Shown one piece after another: positions 41,285 to 51,463 of a stretch of 64,000 bases of DNA (positions are counted from its first letter, which is position 1; every line of letters begins with the position of its first letter). The notes beneath the pieces were generated by a model that worked only from the letters and a program-made list of their open reading frames with translations, was not told the DNA's origin and did not search any database. The position numbers and the translations under genes were made by a program. Source of the stretch: Alphaproteobacteria bacterium (GTDB taxonomy: Bacteria > Pseudomonadota > Alphaproteobacteria > CALKHQ01); assembly GCA_965227515.1 (NCBI GenBank), contig CBDDFZ010000001.1:1248001-1312000 (forward strand), read 5' to 3'.

Positions 41285-42135
41285 CCGTCGCAGTCCAAAC
41301 ATTGCGTGGCCGCGCGCGCGCCGTCCTGGCGACGGGCGATGCGCGCGGCAAGGCGGCGGCGTCGCGGGCGGCCGCCGCGTGGTGGCGGGGTGCCGGCGCC
41401 CCATCCAATGATCGCGCGCTGGGCGACGCCGGTGCGCCGGACCGGCCGGGACGTCCCGCACGTCCCCGGCTGGTGCCGCCGGGCCGCTTGCCACGGCGCA
41501 AGATCGGCGCCGCGCCAGCCGGCCGCATCGCGCTCCTGCATGCCATCGCCCATATCGAGCTCAACGCCATCGACCTGGCCTGGGATATCGTCGCCCGGTT
41601 CGACGTGCCCGACCTGCCGCGCGCGTTCTTCGACGACTGGGTGCGAGTGGGCGACGAGGAGGCGATCCACTTCGGCCTGCTCGCCGACCGGCTGGAGGCG
41701 CTGGGCGCCGCCTATGGCGACCTGGATGCCCATGACGGACTGTGGCAGGCGGCGCGCGACACCGGCCACGACCTCGCGGCCCGGCTGGCGGTGGTGCCGC
41801 TGGTGCTGGAGGCGCGGGGGCTGGACGTCACCCCCGGCATGATCGCCCGGCTGGACGCGGTCGGCGATGCCGACAGCGTTGCCGCGCTGGAGCGCATCTA
41901 TGCCGACGAAGTGGGCCACGTCGCCGCCGGCAAGCGCTGGTTCGAGTGGGTCTGCGCCGCCCGCGGCGAAGATCCGCGCAGCCACTGGATCGAACTGGTC
42001 CGGCGGCATTTCGGCGGCGCCGTGCGACCGCCGTTCAACGACGAGGCCCGCGGCCGAGCCGGGTTGCCGGCGATGTGGTATGGCGCTCTGGGGTACGCCG
42101 CCTTGGACGGCGTGCGGGAGCCGGTCGAGGCATGA
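41281..42135 (+). CDS. DUF455 ferritin-like protein
   Basis: LLHAIAHIELNAIDLAWD, EEA.HF, LEARGLD, DEVGHV..G..WF and PPFN; GTGA overlap with bcp. Confidence 0.9.
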   Translation: MTVAVQTLRGRARAVLATGDARGKAAASRAAAAWWRGAGAPSNDRALGDAGAPDRPGRPARPRLVPPGRLPRRKIGAAPAGRIALLHAIAHIELNAIDLAWDIVARFDVPDLPRAFFDDWVRVGDEEAIHFGLLADRLEALGAAYGDLDAHDGLWQAARDTGHDLAARLAVVPLVLEARGLDVTPGMIARLDAVGDADSVAALERIYADEVGHVAAGKRWFEWVCAARGEDPRSHWIELVRRHFGGAVRPPFNDEARGRAGLPAMWYGALGYAALDGVREPVEA

Positions 42136-42932
42136 GGCGCCTTTCCACCATCTGCGCGATGTTGATCGCCTGTCTTTGCATGGCGGCCGGCACGGCCATG
42201 GCGCAGAGCGCGCGCGAGATCGAGGCGGTGCAGGACCGTCTGACCGAGCTTGGCTACGATCCCGGGCCGGTCGACGGCATGCTGGGCAGCCAGACCGCGG
42301 TCGCGGTCGAGGAGTTCCAGGCCGATCTGGGCTTGCCGGTGAACGGCGAGATCGACCTGGCGCTGATCACCCTGCTCGGCGCCCACCCGGACGAGCCGGA
42401 ACCGCTAGAAACGGTGCAGGCGCGGCTGGGCGACATCCTGGGCAGCCCGTGGGACGCGGTGGCAGCCGACGCGGCCCCTGCATACTGGAATCCGCCAAGC
42501 GACACCTCCGGCTGGCCGGCGTTCGGCGACCACGCCACCGCCACCCGGTTCAGCGGCAACGCCACCTTCGTCGACCTGGAGAGCCACCCCGACGCCCGGA
42601 CCTTTCAGTCCGCGCTGGCCCGTGCCATCGGTACACGGCCCGACTTCGCCGGCGCCTATACGCTGGTGCAGATCGGCTGCGGTACGTCCTGCCAGGCGAT
42701 CGCGCTGGTCGATGCCCGCGATGGCGCGGTGTTCTTCGGGCCGACGGCGGAGGCCGGGCTCGACTACCGCGCCGACAGCCGGCTGATCGTCGTCAACCCG
42801 CTGCAGAACCTGCGCGACGCCTATGGCGACGAGATTCCGCTGTGGGCGGCGACCCGGTTCTATGTCTTCGACGGCACAGGTTTTCGGGAGATCAGCGTGG
42901 ATACGGCGGGCACACAGGACGACAGGGAGTAG
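42132..42932 (+). CDS. Secreted peptidoglycan-binding-domain protein
   Basis: Signal peptide; VQ..L..LGY.PG.VDG..G.QT..AV..FQ...GL...G; C-terminal domain with GCGTSC. Confidence 0.85.
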   Translation: MRRLSTICAMLIACLCMAAGTAMAQSAREIEAVQDRLTELGYDPGPVDGMLGSQTAVAVEEFQADLGLPVNGEIDLALITLLGAHPDEPEPLETVQARLGDILGSPWDAVAADAAPAYWNPPSDTSGWPAFGDHATATRFSGNATFVDLESHPDARTFQSALARAIGTRPDFAGAYTLVQIGCGTSCQAIALVDARDGAVFFGPTAEAGLDYRADSRLIVVNPLQNLRDAYGDEIPLWAATRFYVFDGTGFREISVDTAGTQDDRE

Positions 42933-42963
42933 CGCGGCTTAGCAAGCCCAATTCACCCTCTTC

Positions 42964-43141
42964 GTCATCCTCGGGCTTGTCCCGAGGATCCATTTTCGTC
43001 CAATACGCCAATAGGCTAGGCGATATTCGCTGCACGTCTTGGCAATCGTTTTGAAAGCTAAGTCGCATCACCAACGAGCGAATGTCGGCCATTGTAAGCC
43101 TTGCACATGAATGGGCCCTCGGCACAGGGCCGAGCGCGTCG
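42964..43141. repeat. Family C palindromic element with non-identical arms
   Basis: Left arm GTCATCCTCGGGCTTGTCCCGAGGATCCAT; right arm ATGGGCCCTCGGCACAGGGCCGAGCGCGTC, similar to 14768-14799. Confidence 0.65.
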
Positions 43142-43162
43142 AATGGTATTGGGCATGGGGCG

Positions 43163-44395
43163 CTACCCCGCCGTCGCCAGGCGCGGCACCGGGGTGTCGC
43201 GGATCGGCCAGTTCAGCACCGCCGCCAGCACGCCGAGCCCGGCGGAGATGTACCAGATCAGGTCGAAGTTGCCGGTGGCGTCGAACACCACGCCGCCCAG
43301 CCAGGCGCCGAAGAACGCGCCGACCTGGTGGCTGAGGAACACCACCCCGAACAGCGTCGACATGTAGCGCGGGCCGAACACCTGGGCGACCAGCCCGCTG
43401 GTCAGCGGCACGGTGCTGAGCCAGAGCAGGCCCATGGCGCCAGAGAACACCAGCACGCTCACGCTTGTCGGCGGGACCAGCACGAACACGATGATGACGG
43501 CGGCGCGCGCCGCGTAGATGAAGCTGAGCAGGTAGGGCTTCTTGTAGCGGCTGCCGAGCGCGCCGGCGCCCAGCGTGCCGATCACGTTGAACAGGCCGAT
43601 GATCGCCAGCGACCAGGCGCCGACCTCCGGCGGCAGGTTGCAGCTCGCCACGAACCCCGGCATGTGGGTGGCGATGAAAGCGACGTGGAAGCCGCAGACG
43701 AAGAAGCCCAGGGTCAGCAGCCAATAGCCGCGGTGGCGGGCAGCCTCGGCCAGGGCGGCGCCCAGCGATTGCAACGGCTCGGCGGCGCTTGACGTACGGT
43801 CCATCTTGCCGGCCAGCGCCAGCGCGCAGGGCAGCGCGATCAGCATCAGCCCGGCATAGATCATCAGCGCGGTCGACCAGTCGGTGGACTCGATCAGCCA
43901 CTGGCCGGTGGGCGCCATGGCGAACTGGCCGAACGAGCCGGCGGCACTGCCGATGCCGAGCGCCATGGAGCGCTTCTCGGGCGCGTGCGCGCGGCCGATC
44001 GCGGCCAGCACCACCGCGAACGCGGTGCCGCTCAGCCCCAGCGACAGCACGAAGCCGGCGCCGAACTGGAACATCAGCGGTGTGCCCGGCATCGCCATGA
44101 TCAAGAGGCCGGCGATGTAGAAACCGGCGCCAACCATGATGGTGCGCGCCGCCCCATAGCGGTCGGCAATGGCACCGAAGAACGGCTGGGTCACGCCCCA
44201 CATCAGGTTCTGCAGCGCGAACGCCAGCGAGAAGGTGCCGACCGCCCAGCCCAGCTCCAGCCGCATCGGCTCGATGAACAGGCCGAAGCTCTGTCGGATG
44301 CCGAGGTTCAGGAACAGGATCATGCCGCCGCAGATCAGCACCAGCAGCGGCGTGACCGCGCGGCTGGGCACGGCGGATGTGGGGGGCGCGGTCAT
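43163..44395 (-). CDS. MFS transporter
   Basis: About 12 TM segments, G.IADRYG motif A, FFVCGFH and SHQVGAFFG. Confidence 0.92.
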   Translation of the reverse strand: MTAPPTSAVPSRAVTPLLVLICGGMILFLNLGIRQSFGLFIEPMRLELGWAVGTFSLAFALQNLMWGVTQPFFGAIADRYGAARTIMVGAGFYIAGLLIMAMPGTPLMFQFGAGFVLSLGLSGTAFAVVLAAIGRAHAPEKRSMALGIGSAAGSFGQFAMAPTGQWLIESTDWSTALMIYAGLMLIALPCALALAGKMDRTSSAAEPLQSLGAALAEAARHRGYWLLTLGFFVCGFHVAFIATHMPGFVASCNLPPEVGAWSLAIIGLFNVIGTLGAGALGSRYKKPYLLSFIYAARAAVIIVFVLVPPTSVSVLVFSGAMGLLWLSTVPLTSGLVAQVFGPRYMSTLFGVVFLSHQVGAFFGAWLGGVVFDATGNFDLIWYISAGLGVLAAVLNWPIRDTPVPRLATAG

Positions 44396-44496
44396 GATGG
44401 CGTTGACCTACACCCAAGGCGGCCGGATGGCGACCGTTTTGGCGGAATGGCTGCATTGCGCCGATGGCTGGGCCGGCGCCTGGGGCCCGGCGGCCG

Positions 44497-45474
44497 TCAT
44501 TCCGCTCTCAGTTCCTTCATCCGGAACATATGCGCGAAGAACGTGCTGTCGGTCATGACCCTCAGCAGCACGGCGATGGCGGCAGTTGCCGCGACGGCGA
44601 AGGCGAGCCGCCCGGCGACGATGGAGATGGCATCTGCGCCCAGCGCGATCATCAGCAGGGAGTCCTCGATGATGCTGTGGGTGAAGCCCATGAACACGCA
44701 CGCGAGGAAGATTTGGCGCGGCGAGACTGTGTTCGACCTGGCCTCCTTGATCAGCAGGCCGCCGCCATAGGCGATGCCCAGGAACAGGCCGATGGCGGTG
44801 AGGTGCTCGGCCTCACCACGGATGCCGGCCAGCCGCAGCAGGGGCGCCAGCAGCCACATCATCAGCCGCAGCAGGCCGGTGACCTTCAGCAGCTCCAGGC
44901 CCCAGGAGAGCACGATCAGCACGACCAGCATCCAGAACATCGCCTCCGCCAGGCCCAGGGCGAACGCCTCCCAGTCGGGTGCCGCGTCCATAGGCACCCA
45001 CGCCGGGTCGACCGGCGCCGACAGCCATCCGGTCGCGGAAAGCACCTGGTGCAGCGCGATGGCGAAGACCAGGCCGCCCAGCACGCGCAGCGCTGTCGTC
45101 ACGAGCATGCCGGGGCCGGCCTTCTGGATGATCTTCTGCTCGATGGGGAGCGCATGGGCGAACAGGATGAGGGCGGAAAAGACGGTGACGTCCGCCACGC
45201 TGAGCGCGGAGACCGGCACCAGCGTGAAGAGCAGCGGGATCGCGCCCCAAAGGCCGACAACCATGGCGGTCAGCCAGGCCAGGCCCAGCTCCGGCGGCAG
45301 CCCGACCAGGTCCATGACGGGCGACAGAACCGGCGCCACCGCCTCGAACACGCCCAGCCGCGACAGGATCTCGGCCACGACGGTGACCGGCACGATGATC
45401 CGCAGCAGCAGCCAGTAGATCGCAAGCGATTCCAGCGTGTTGCGGCGGAGGAAATCGAGAAGCGGCGTGAGCAT
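44497..45474 (-). CDS. Nucleoside-recognition (gate) domain membrane protein
   Basis: Multi-TM; LSPVM.LVGLP.E, AHALPIE, G..YGGGLL and HS.IED. Confidence 0.8.
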   Translation of the reverse strand: MLTPLLDFLRRNTLESLAIYWLLLRIIVPVTVVAEILSRLGVFEAVAPVLSPVMDLVGLPPELGLAWLTAMVVGLWGAIPLLFTLVPVSALSVADVTVFSALILFAHALPIEQKIIQKAGPGMLVTTALRVLGGLVFAIALHQVLSATGWLSAPVDPAWVPMDAAPDWEAFALGLAEAMFWMLVVLIVLSWGLELLKVTGLLRLMMWLLAPLLRLAGIRGEAEHLTAIGLFLGIAYGGGLLIKEARSNTVSPRQIFLACVFMGFTHSIIEDSLLMIALGADAISIVAGRLAFAVAATAAIAVLLRVMTDSTFFAHMFRMKELRAE

Positions 45475-45598
45475 TGGCGGTCAGGGTCCCGAGGCGGTGT
45501 GCTCCCGTCTTATGACCGATGTCGCATGAAATTGGTGGTCAAAGATTGCGCGTGTTTGCAATATTATTGCAGAAGCAGGTGATGGCCGGGGCGCCGGG

Positions 45599-46051
45599 AT
45601 GGATCGGATCGACCGGAAGATTCTCAACCTCATGCAGCGCGATGCCGGGCGCACCAACCTGGCCCTGGCCGACGAGGTCGGCCTGTCGCCCTCCACCTGC
45701 CTGCGCCGGGTCCAGCGGCTGCGCAAGGCCGGCTTCATCGACCGCATCGTCGCGATCCTGAACCCGGCGAAGGCCGGGCGCGCGATCAAGGCGGTGGTGA
45801 CGGTGGAGCTGAAGTTGCACGGCGAGCAGCACATGCGCGAATTCCTCGATGCCGCGCGCGGCGAGGACGCGGTCTCCCACGCCTATGCCGTGACCGGCGC
45901 GTCGGATGTGGTGCTCATGCTGCGCCTGCGCGACATGGAGGAGTACGACGCCCTGTGCGACCGGCTGTTCCGCGACCAGACCAACGTCGCCCGCTTCTTC
46001 ACCATGGTCATCATCCGCACGGCGAAGGAAGAAACGGCGATCCGGCTGTGA
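45599..46051 (+). CDS. Lrp/AsnC-family transcriptional regulator
   Basis: DRIDRKIL..MQ.D, LA..VGLSPS.CLRRV and VTG..D; divergent from the gate-domain gene. Confidence 0.93.
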   Translation: MDRIDRKILNLMQRDAGRTNLALADEVGLSPSTCLRRVQRLRKAGFIDRIVAILNPAKAGRAIKAVVTVELKLHGEQHMREFLDAARGEDAVSHAYAVTGASDVVLMLRLRDMEEYDALCDRLFRDQTNVARFFTMVIIRTAKEETAIRL

Positions 46052-46069
46052 GCTAGGTCAGGTTGCGGG

Positions 46070-46315
46070 TCAATAAAGGCCAGGCTGGTGTAGTGCGACC
46101 ACGCAGATGGCCGCCACCACCCCCGCGACCGAGGCGCGAATGTAGGGCCGGCTGAGCTCCGGAAAGCTGAACAGCTTTGCCATTGGCAGGCGCCAACCGG
46201 TGATGCGGCCCTCGCCGACCAGCCGATGCCAGACCTGGACCGCTTGCAGCCCGAAAAAGCCGCCTATGGCGACCGCGACGCCCAGCACGATCCAGAGGAT
46301 GAGTTCGATCTCCAT
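46070..46315 (-). CDS. Small two-TM hypothetical protein
   Basis: GGGAGG RBS and two hydrophobic segments. Confidence 0.6.
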   Translation of the reverse strand: MEIELILWIVLGVAVAIGGFFGLQAVQVWHRLVGEGRITGWRLPMAKLFSFPELSRPYIRASVAGVVAAICVVALHQPGLY

Positions 46316-46549
46316 GAGACCCTCCCGGTGTTATTCCCCGGGGCATTGGCGTGTGTGACGCGCCATCGGCCCCGGGCTTGGGTTGTTGTTGCCCAGGCGG
46401 TCGCACGGCGACGCGAAAAGGTTCATTTGGGGGAGTGGGTGCGGAGTCTATGAGCGGTCCGTCACATAACGTCCTTATGTGTGTTGTTGACTGGTTTTGT
46501 TGGAGTTGGCTAAGCCTCACCAGCCAGATGCAGTTTTATCGGTCAGTGC

Positions 46550-46774
46550 CTATCCACAAGGTCGCTGGCCAGTCTGCATTGGTGGGCATGGAACAGTTGC
46601 ATAGGAGCAATACACACAGCAATCACCTGGCAGCGGTTTTAAAACGACCTTGCAGCCCTTGCAATCATAAAACCACTGACATGCGTCAGTTGGCATAATT
46701 TCGGTCTCTACATGGCCGCAATTGGGGCACGTAATCGTTGACTCAGGTATTAATGGGTTCTCTTTTTGCGCCAT
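46550..46774 (-). CDS. GDCCVxC-domain small Cys-rich protein
   Basis: STITCP.CG.....MPTDACQ.FYDC..C...LKP..GDCCVYCSY..VPCPP.Q. Confidence 0.9.
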   Translation of the reverse strand: MAQKENPLIPESTITCPNCGHVETEIMPTDACQWFYDCKGCKVVLKPLPGDCCVYCSYATVPCPPMQTGQRPCG

Positions 46775-46953
46775 AGTGCAACTCCGATGATTGCAAGTGA
46801 TATTGCAAGTATAGATAACAAGACATCATCTCGGTATACATAGCCAGTGACGCCTGATAATCCGATCGCACCAAGAAGCCACGGCAACAGCGGCGTGAAG
46901 CAGCACAACGCAGCGACAATCGTTCCTATGATCCCGGTACTAAGCAGTTTCAG
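46750..46953 (-). CDS. merF: Mercury transport protein MerF; apparent CTG start, absent from the ORF track
   Basis: Hand translation: (M)KLLSTGIIGTIVAALCCFTPLLPWLLGAIGLSGVTGYVYRDDVLLSILAISLAIIGVALWRKKRTH. GGAG lies 7 nt before the CTG. Confidence 0.8.
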   Translation of the reverse strand: MKLLSTGIIGTIVAALCCFTPLLPWLLGAIGLSGVTGYVYRDDVLLSILAISLAIIGVALWRKKRTH

Positions 46954-47192
46954 TTGTTTTCTCCGGCGGCTTGGTTAATTGGACGCTGAGACCTCCGTCT
47001 CCGCATTACTCCGAAGCCAATCGGAAACGCCAGCACGACTATTCCAGCGGTGGCAATGGGACCGAGATCGCCAAGCCAACCGAACAGTCCCGCCAAGATT
47101 GAGCCAACAACGGCTCGACCGAGACAGCACACAGCCAACAATGGTGTTACGGCCGCAAATGTCACCAACATCGCGATCGGCTTGTCGCTCAT
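46950..47192 (-). CDS. Small membrane protein with vicinal Cys pair (MerF/MerE-like)
   Basis: Hydrophobic, LAVCCLG, basic tail; embedded in the mer operon. Confidence 0.65.
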   Translation of the reverse strand: MSDKPIAMLVTFAAVTPLLAVCCLGRAVVGSILAGLFGWLGDLGPIATAGIVVLAFPIGFGVMRRRRSQRPINQAAGENN

Positions 47193-47203
47193 TGCGCTCA
47201 CGT

Positions 47204-47512
47204 CTATTCCATGAGTGTTGTTGGGTAGCCGATGTCGATGGCGGTCTGGATGATGTCATCCACTCTGACCACGCTGTCTTCGAAGATGACCTGCGTCGTG
47301 CCGACATCATTGCGATCAATATCCAATATTACGACCTCGCTGACACCAGGGAGATCAGCGAGCGTTTCTCGCAGGATGTAGCTGCATGACACGCACCACA
47401 GACCGCCGATGGCGAGTGTTGCGGACTGCTCGTCTGCTCGCGCTTCGGGCACACTGTTCGAAACGAAGGTGGCAGCAGCGAGAGCCGCCAACGACGCAAA
47501 TCTTGCGCTCAT
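47204..47512 (-). CDS. Periplasmic HMA-domain metal-binding protein (MerP-like)
   Basis: Signal peptide (ARA cleavage), GLWCVSC, LPGV and IGYP; GGAG RBS. Confidence 0.85.
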   Translation of the reverse strand: MSARFASLAALAAATFVSNSVPEARADEQSATLAIGGLWCVSCSYILRETLADLPGVSEVVILDIDRNDVGTTQVIFEDSVVRVDDIIQTAIDIGYPTTLME

Positions 47513-47529
47513 GTTGCAATCTCCATTGA

Positions 47530-47934
47530 TTACGCCGGAATACCAAGAAGCCCCGGAGCGACGTAGGGAAACGCACCAGCAGCGATGACAACGACGGTGG
47601 CCACCCAAAGCGTCGTCTTCACCATGCGATTTGGCAATGGTCGGCTACATGCTGCTTCCGGTGTACATGCTTTGGGGCGTCGGTAGACGAGATAGAATCC
47701 ATATCCCAATGCCGCGATGGTAAAGGCGATGAAATAGGGCTGGTACGGTGTGAGTGCGGACAGATTTCCCAACCACGCGCCGCCCATGCCAAAGCTGAAC
47801 AGGATAAGCGGGACGATGCAGCACGACGATGCAGCAATCGCGCCTAAGATGCCTCCCGCCGCGATCAACCCGGGCCTGCGCAAATTGCGATTTGCCGCCT
47901 GATCATTGGCGCGTTTGTTTACATCCATAGTCAT
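47530..47934 (-). CDS. merT: Mercuric ion transporter MerT
   Basis: AIAASSCC..PL, GGAWLGNL..L.PYQPYFI and C....AC loop. Confidence 0.9.
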   Translation of the reverse strand: MTMDVNKRANDQAANRNLRRPGLIAAGGILGAIAASSCCIVPLILFSFGMGGAWLGNLSALTPYQPYFIAFTIAALGYGFYLVYRRPKACTPEAACSRPLPNRMVKTTLWVATVVVIAAGAFPYVAPGLLGIPA

Positions 47935-47943
47935 GGCGTGTTA

Positions 47944-47974
47944 TCTCTAGACTCTGTAGCAACTACAAGGTCAA
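47944..47974 (-). promoter_or_regulatory. MerR-family promoter/operator for merT
   Basis: Minus strand TTGACC-19 bp-TAGAGA; the spacer holds the dyad TGTAG-N3-CTACA. Confidence 0.8.
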
Positions 47975-47986
47975 GGACAAATTTTT

Positions 47987-48403
47987 GTGACGACAATCGC
48001 TGGTGGCGCACTAATTACGCGCGGTCAGTTGGCCAAGCGAGAAGGCTGTCACCTTGAGACAATTCGGTACTATGAGCAGATCGGGCTTCTGAATACGCCG
48101 TCACGCTCGGATCGCGGCTATCGTCTCTATTCCACGGAGGATCAACGTCGCCTGCGCTTTATCAAGCGTGCCCGCGAGCTAGGCTTCAGTATAGATGAAC
48201 TAAGAAGCATGCTTTCTCTCGTGGATTCACACACATACACATGTGCTGATATCCGTACGCTGACCTTGGATCATCTCAACAGCATTCGTCAAAAGATTGG
48301 CGACCTGAAGCGACTGGAGCGAACACTTGCTCGCATCTCCAGCGAATGCAGTGGAGCTGCAGTTCCAGATTGCCCCGTTTTGGATGCTTTGTGGAATGAC
48401 TAG
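47987..48403 (+). CDS. merR: MerR-family metal-responsive regulator
   Basis: ETIRYYE.IGL, GYR.Y and FIKRARELGFS; three Cys (TCADI, ECSG, DCP) in Hg/Cd sensor positions. Confidence 0.88.
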   Translation: MTTIAGGALITRGQLAKREGCHLETIRYYEQIGLLNTPSRSDRGYRLYSTEDQRRLRFIKRARELGFSIDELRSMLSLVDSHTYTCADIRTLTLDHLNSIRQKIGDLKRLERTLARISSECSGAAVPDCPVLDALWND

Positions 48404-48417
48404 GCCGCGAAACAACA

Positions 48418-48747
48418 TCAGGCAGGCGTACGTGGCGCAGCGATGATGATAGCGGCTCCGATGAGACAGACGGCAGAGCCGATTAAGTCCCAACGGTCCG
48501 GTTTGACACCTTCGATCAACCGCAGCCAAGCGAGTGAGCTTGCGATATAAACCCCTCCGTAGGCGGCATATGCGCGCCCAGCGGCGGCGCTGTCGACCAA
48601 CGTGAGCAGGTACGCGAACAAGGCCAGTGATGCCATTCCCGGAAGAACCCACCAAATAGGCTTATCGAGACGAAGCCACGCCCAGAATGCGAAACATCCG
48701 GCGATTTCGGCGATGGCAGCGCCGATGTAGGTGGCGACAGTCGGCAT
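48418..48747 (-). CDS. ynfA: YnfA (UPF0060) SMR-like membrane protein
   Basis: [26 protein letters not shown] and PDRWD. Confidence 0.92.
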   Translation of the reverse strand: MPTVATYIGAAIAEIAGCFAFWAWLRLDKPIWWVLPGMASLALFAYLLTLVDSAAAGRAYAAYGGVYIASSLAWLRLIEGVKPDRWDLIGSAVCLIGAAIIIAAPRTPA

Positions 48748-49165
48748 GTTGATCATCCCCATATTCAGCGATTGACGCCCGAATCAATATTCGTCTCAAG
48801 GGTTCCGTTGAGGAGAGCCTGAATTGAGTCGCGGCGCCTGGAACTCGATCCTTAGTCGCTTACGACAATAGTGCGCACGTGGCGCCAGGGAGAGCGTCCC
48901 CATCGCGCTCGTCGGGACCATGGCGAATTGCAGATATTTCAGCATCGAACCCACTACGGTTCGCGGCCATGTCTCGGCGGCTAATGGGAAAGGGGGTTCA
49001 TCAACATGGCCGTGGCCGACAGCAGGGCAGGTTCACGACGCAGACCCATTTTTGAGTTAAGAATCAGCAAGTTGGGTCAGACGGAACCCCGCCAAATTTT
49101 CCACTGTTTCAATATTGCGATCTCGGTACGCGTGAGTGATCGCGCGGGGGAAGGTTCCGCCGCCC

Positions 49166-49711
49166 CTAAAACACGTCCTCGACCACGTCGGAGCTCCATT
49201 CCAGCGCCTCGTCGATAGCGTCGGCGGCGGCGTCGATGCCGTCACCGGCGACATCGGCGCTCCAGTCCCAGGCCTGCCCGCCGGCTTCCAGGCTGGCGTC
49301 CCAGGCCTGGTTGCCCACCTGGGCCGACCAGTCGACGGCGTCGGCACCGGCGGCGGCCATCCAGCCGACACCGTCTATGCCGTTCTCCACCGTCCAGATC
49401 CAGGCGTCCCGCCCGGCCAACTGCATGTCGGCCCACAGGGTGGCATAGGTCTCGCTGTCCACCGCCTGGTCGTAGACATCGCCAGCGCCTGCCCATGCCT
49501 CGGCCCCGGCGCGCTGCGCGGCGGCCCAGGCGAGCGCGCCCAGGTTGGCCGCATCCTCGCCAATGCGGTCGAGCGCGGCATCGGTCTCCGCCTCGATCTG
49601 GTTCCAGCTCGGATCCTCGGTATTCTCGATGCTCTGCGGGCTGTCCGCCCCGGCCGCCCCGACAATCGCCAGGATCGGCAGCAGCATCAGGGCGTGGCGC
49701 AGTGTCTGCAT
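49166..49711 (-). CDS. Secreted acidic protein with 11-residue Trp periodicity
   Basis: AAGGAGG RBS, signal peptide and Ala/Asp/Trp-rich helical repeats. Confidence 0.75.
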   Translation of the reverse strand: MQTLRHALMLLPILAIVGAAGADSPQSIENTEDPSWNQIEAETDAALDRIGEDAANLGALAWAAAQRAGAEAWAGAGDVYDQAVDSETYATLWADMQLAGRDAWIWTVENGIDGVGWMAAAGADAVDWSAQVGNQAWDASLEAGGQAWDWSADVAGDGIDAAADAIDEALEWSSDVVEDVF

Positions 49712-49751
49712 TACACAACCCTCCTTAATCGTTTGAACGCTTTGGCGTTAT

Positions 49752-49842
49752 TCGGCACCAGCCCTCACCCCCACCCGGCCACCCAGCAATGATACTGTCG
49801 ATGGGTGGCCGGGTGGGGGAGAGGGCTGGCGCAGACTTCAGC
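49752..49842 (+). repeat. Long-hairpin repeat (family B, copy 2)
   Basis: TCGGCACCAGCCCTC...GAGGGCTGGCGCAGACTTCAGC. Confidence 0.85.
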
Positions 49843-50011
49843 GCAAGCTGAATCCAAACAACCCTTTCTTACAAAGGTAACACGATATGGTCACCTGTTA
49901 CGGCGCGCGCAAGGCTGACAGCGTGCCAACCGGAACGCATTCAGACTTAGCCATTGCATCACCAACACGGTGACATTATGGCATAGGGGCGCAAGTTTCG
50001 TTTCCTGGTAG

Positions 50012-51151
<1,140 letters not shown>

Positions 51152-51282
51152 TCGTCTGCCGTACTCCACGGGGCCTTAATCCACAGGTCACATCTGTCTG
51201 TGAGACTGACGTAGCGAGATTTCCGCACCGGCGCCTTGCGGCTGCCATGTTCGCGGTCAGACTGGGCTGGCCTTTGGCGAAG

Positions 51283-51372
51283 TCGGCACCGGCCCTCTCC
51301 CCCACCCGGCCGCCCAACGACAGTATGCTTGCTGGGTGGCCGGGTGGGGAAAGGGCTGGCGCAGATTTCAGC
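51283..51372 (+). repeat. Long-hairpin repeat (family B, copy 3; loop inverted)
   Basis: Same flanks as copy 2; the loop is the reverse complement of the copy-2 loop. Confidence 0.85.
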
Positions 51373-51463
51373 TTCAGGAAAAGCCAGCGGCGCGGCGGCG
51401 TAACGGCGCGGCGTTGCGGGGGCGGCGATGGCCGGTAAGGGAATACCGAGACGGGGACAGCCT

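Larger units (their letters stand above)
46450..49130. mobile_element. AT-richer horizontally acquired heavy-metal islet; boundaries approximate
   Basis: Abrupt loss of the host GC3 bias across the mer-like genes; no transposase or integrase inside. Confidence 0.6.

Noticed and set aside
49913-49929. Sigma-54 promoter (minus strand TTGGCACG-N4-CAGC) for the Trp-repeat gene
   Set aside because: The -24 element is good but the -12 element deviates from TTGC, so it is too weak to call.
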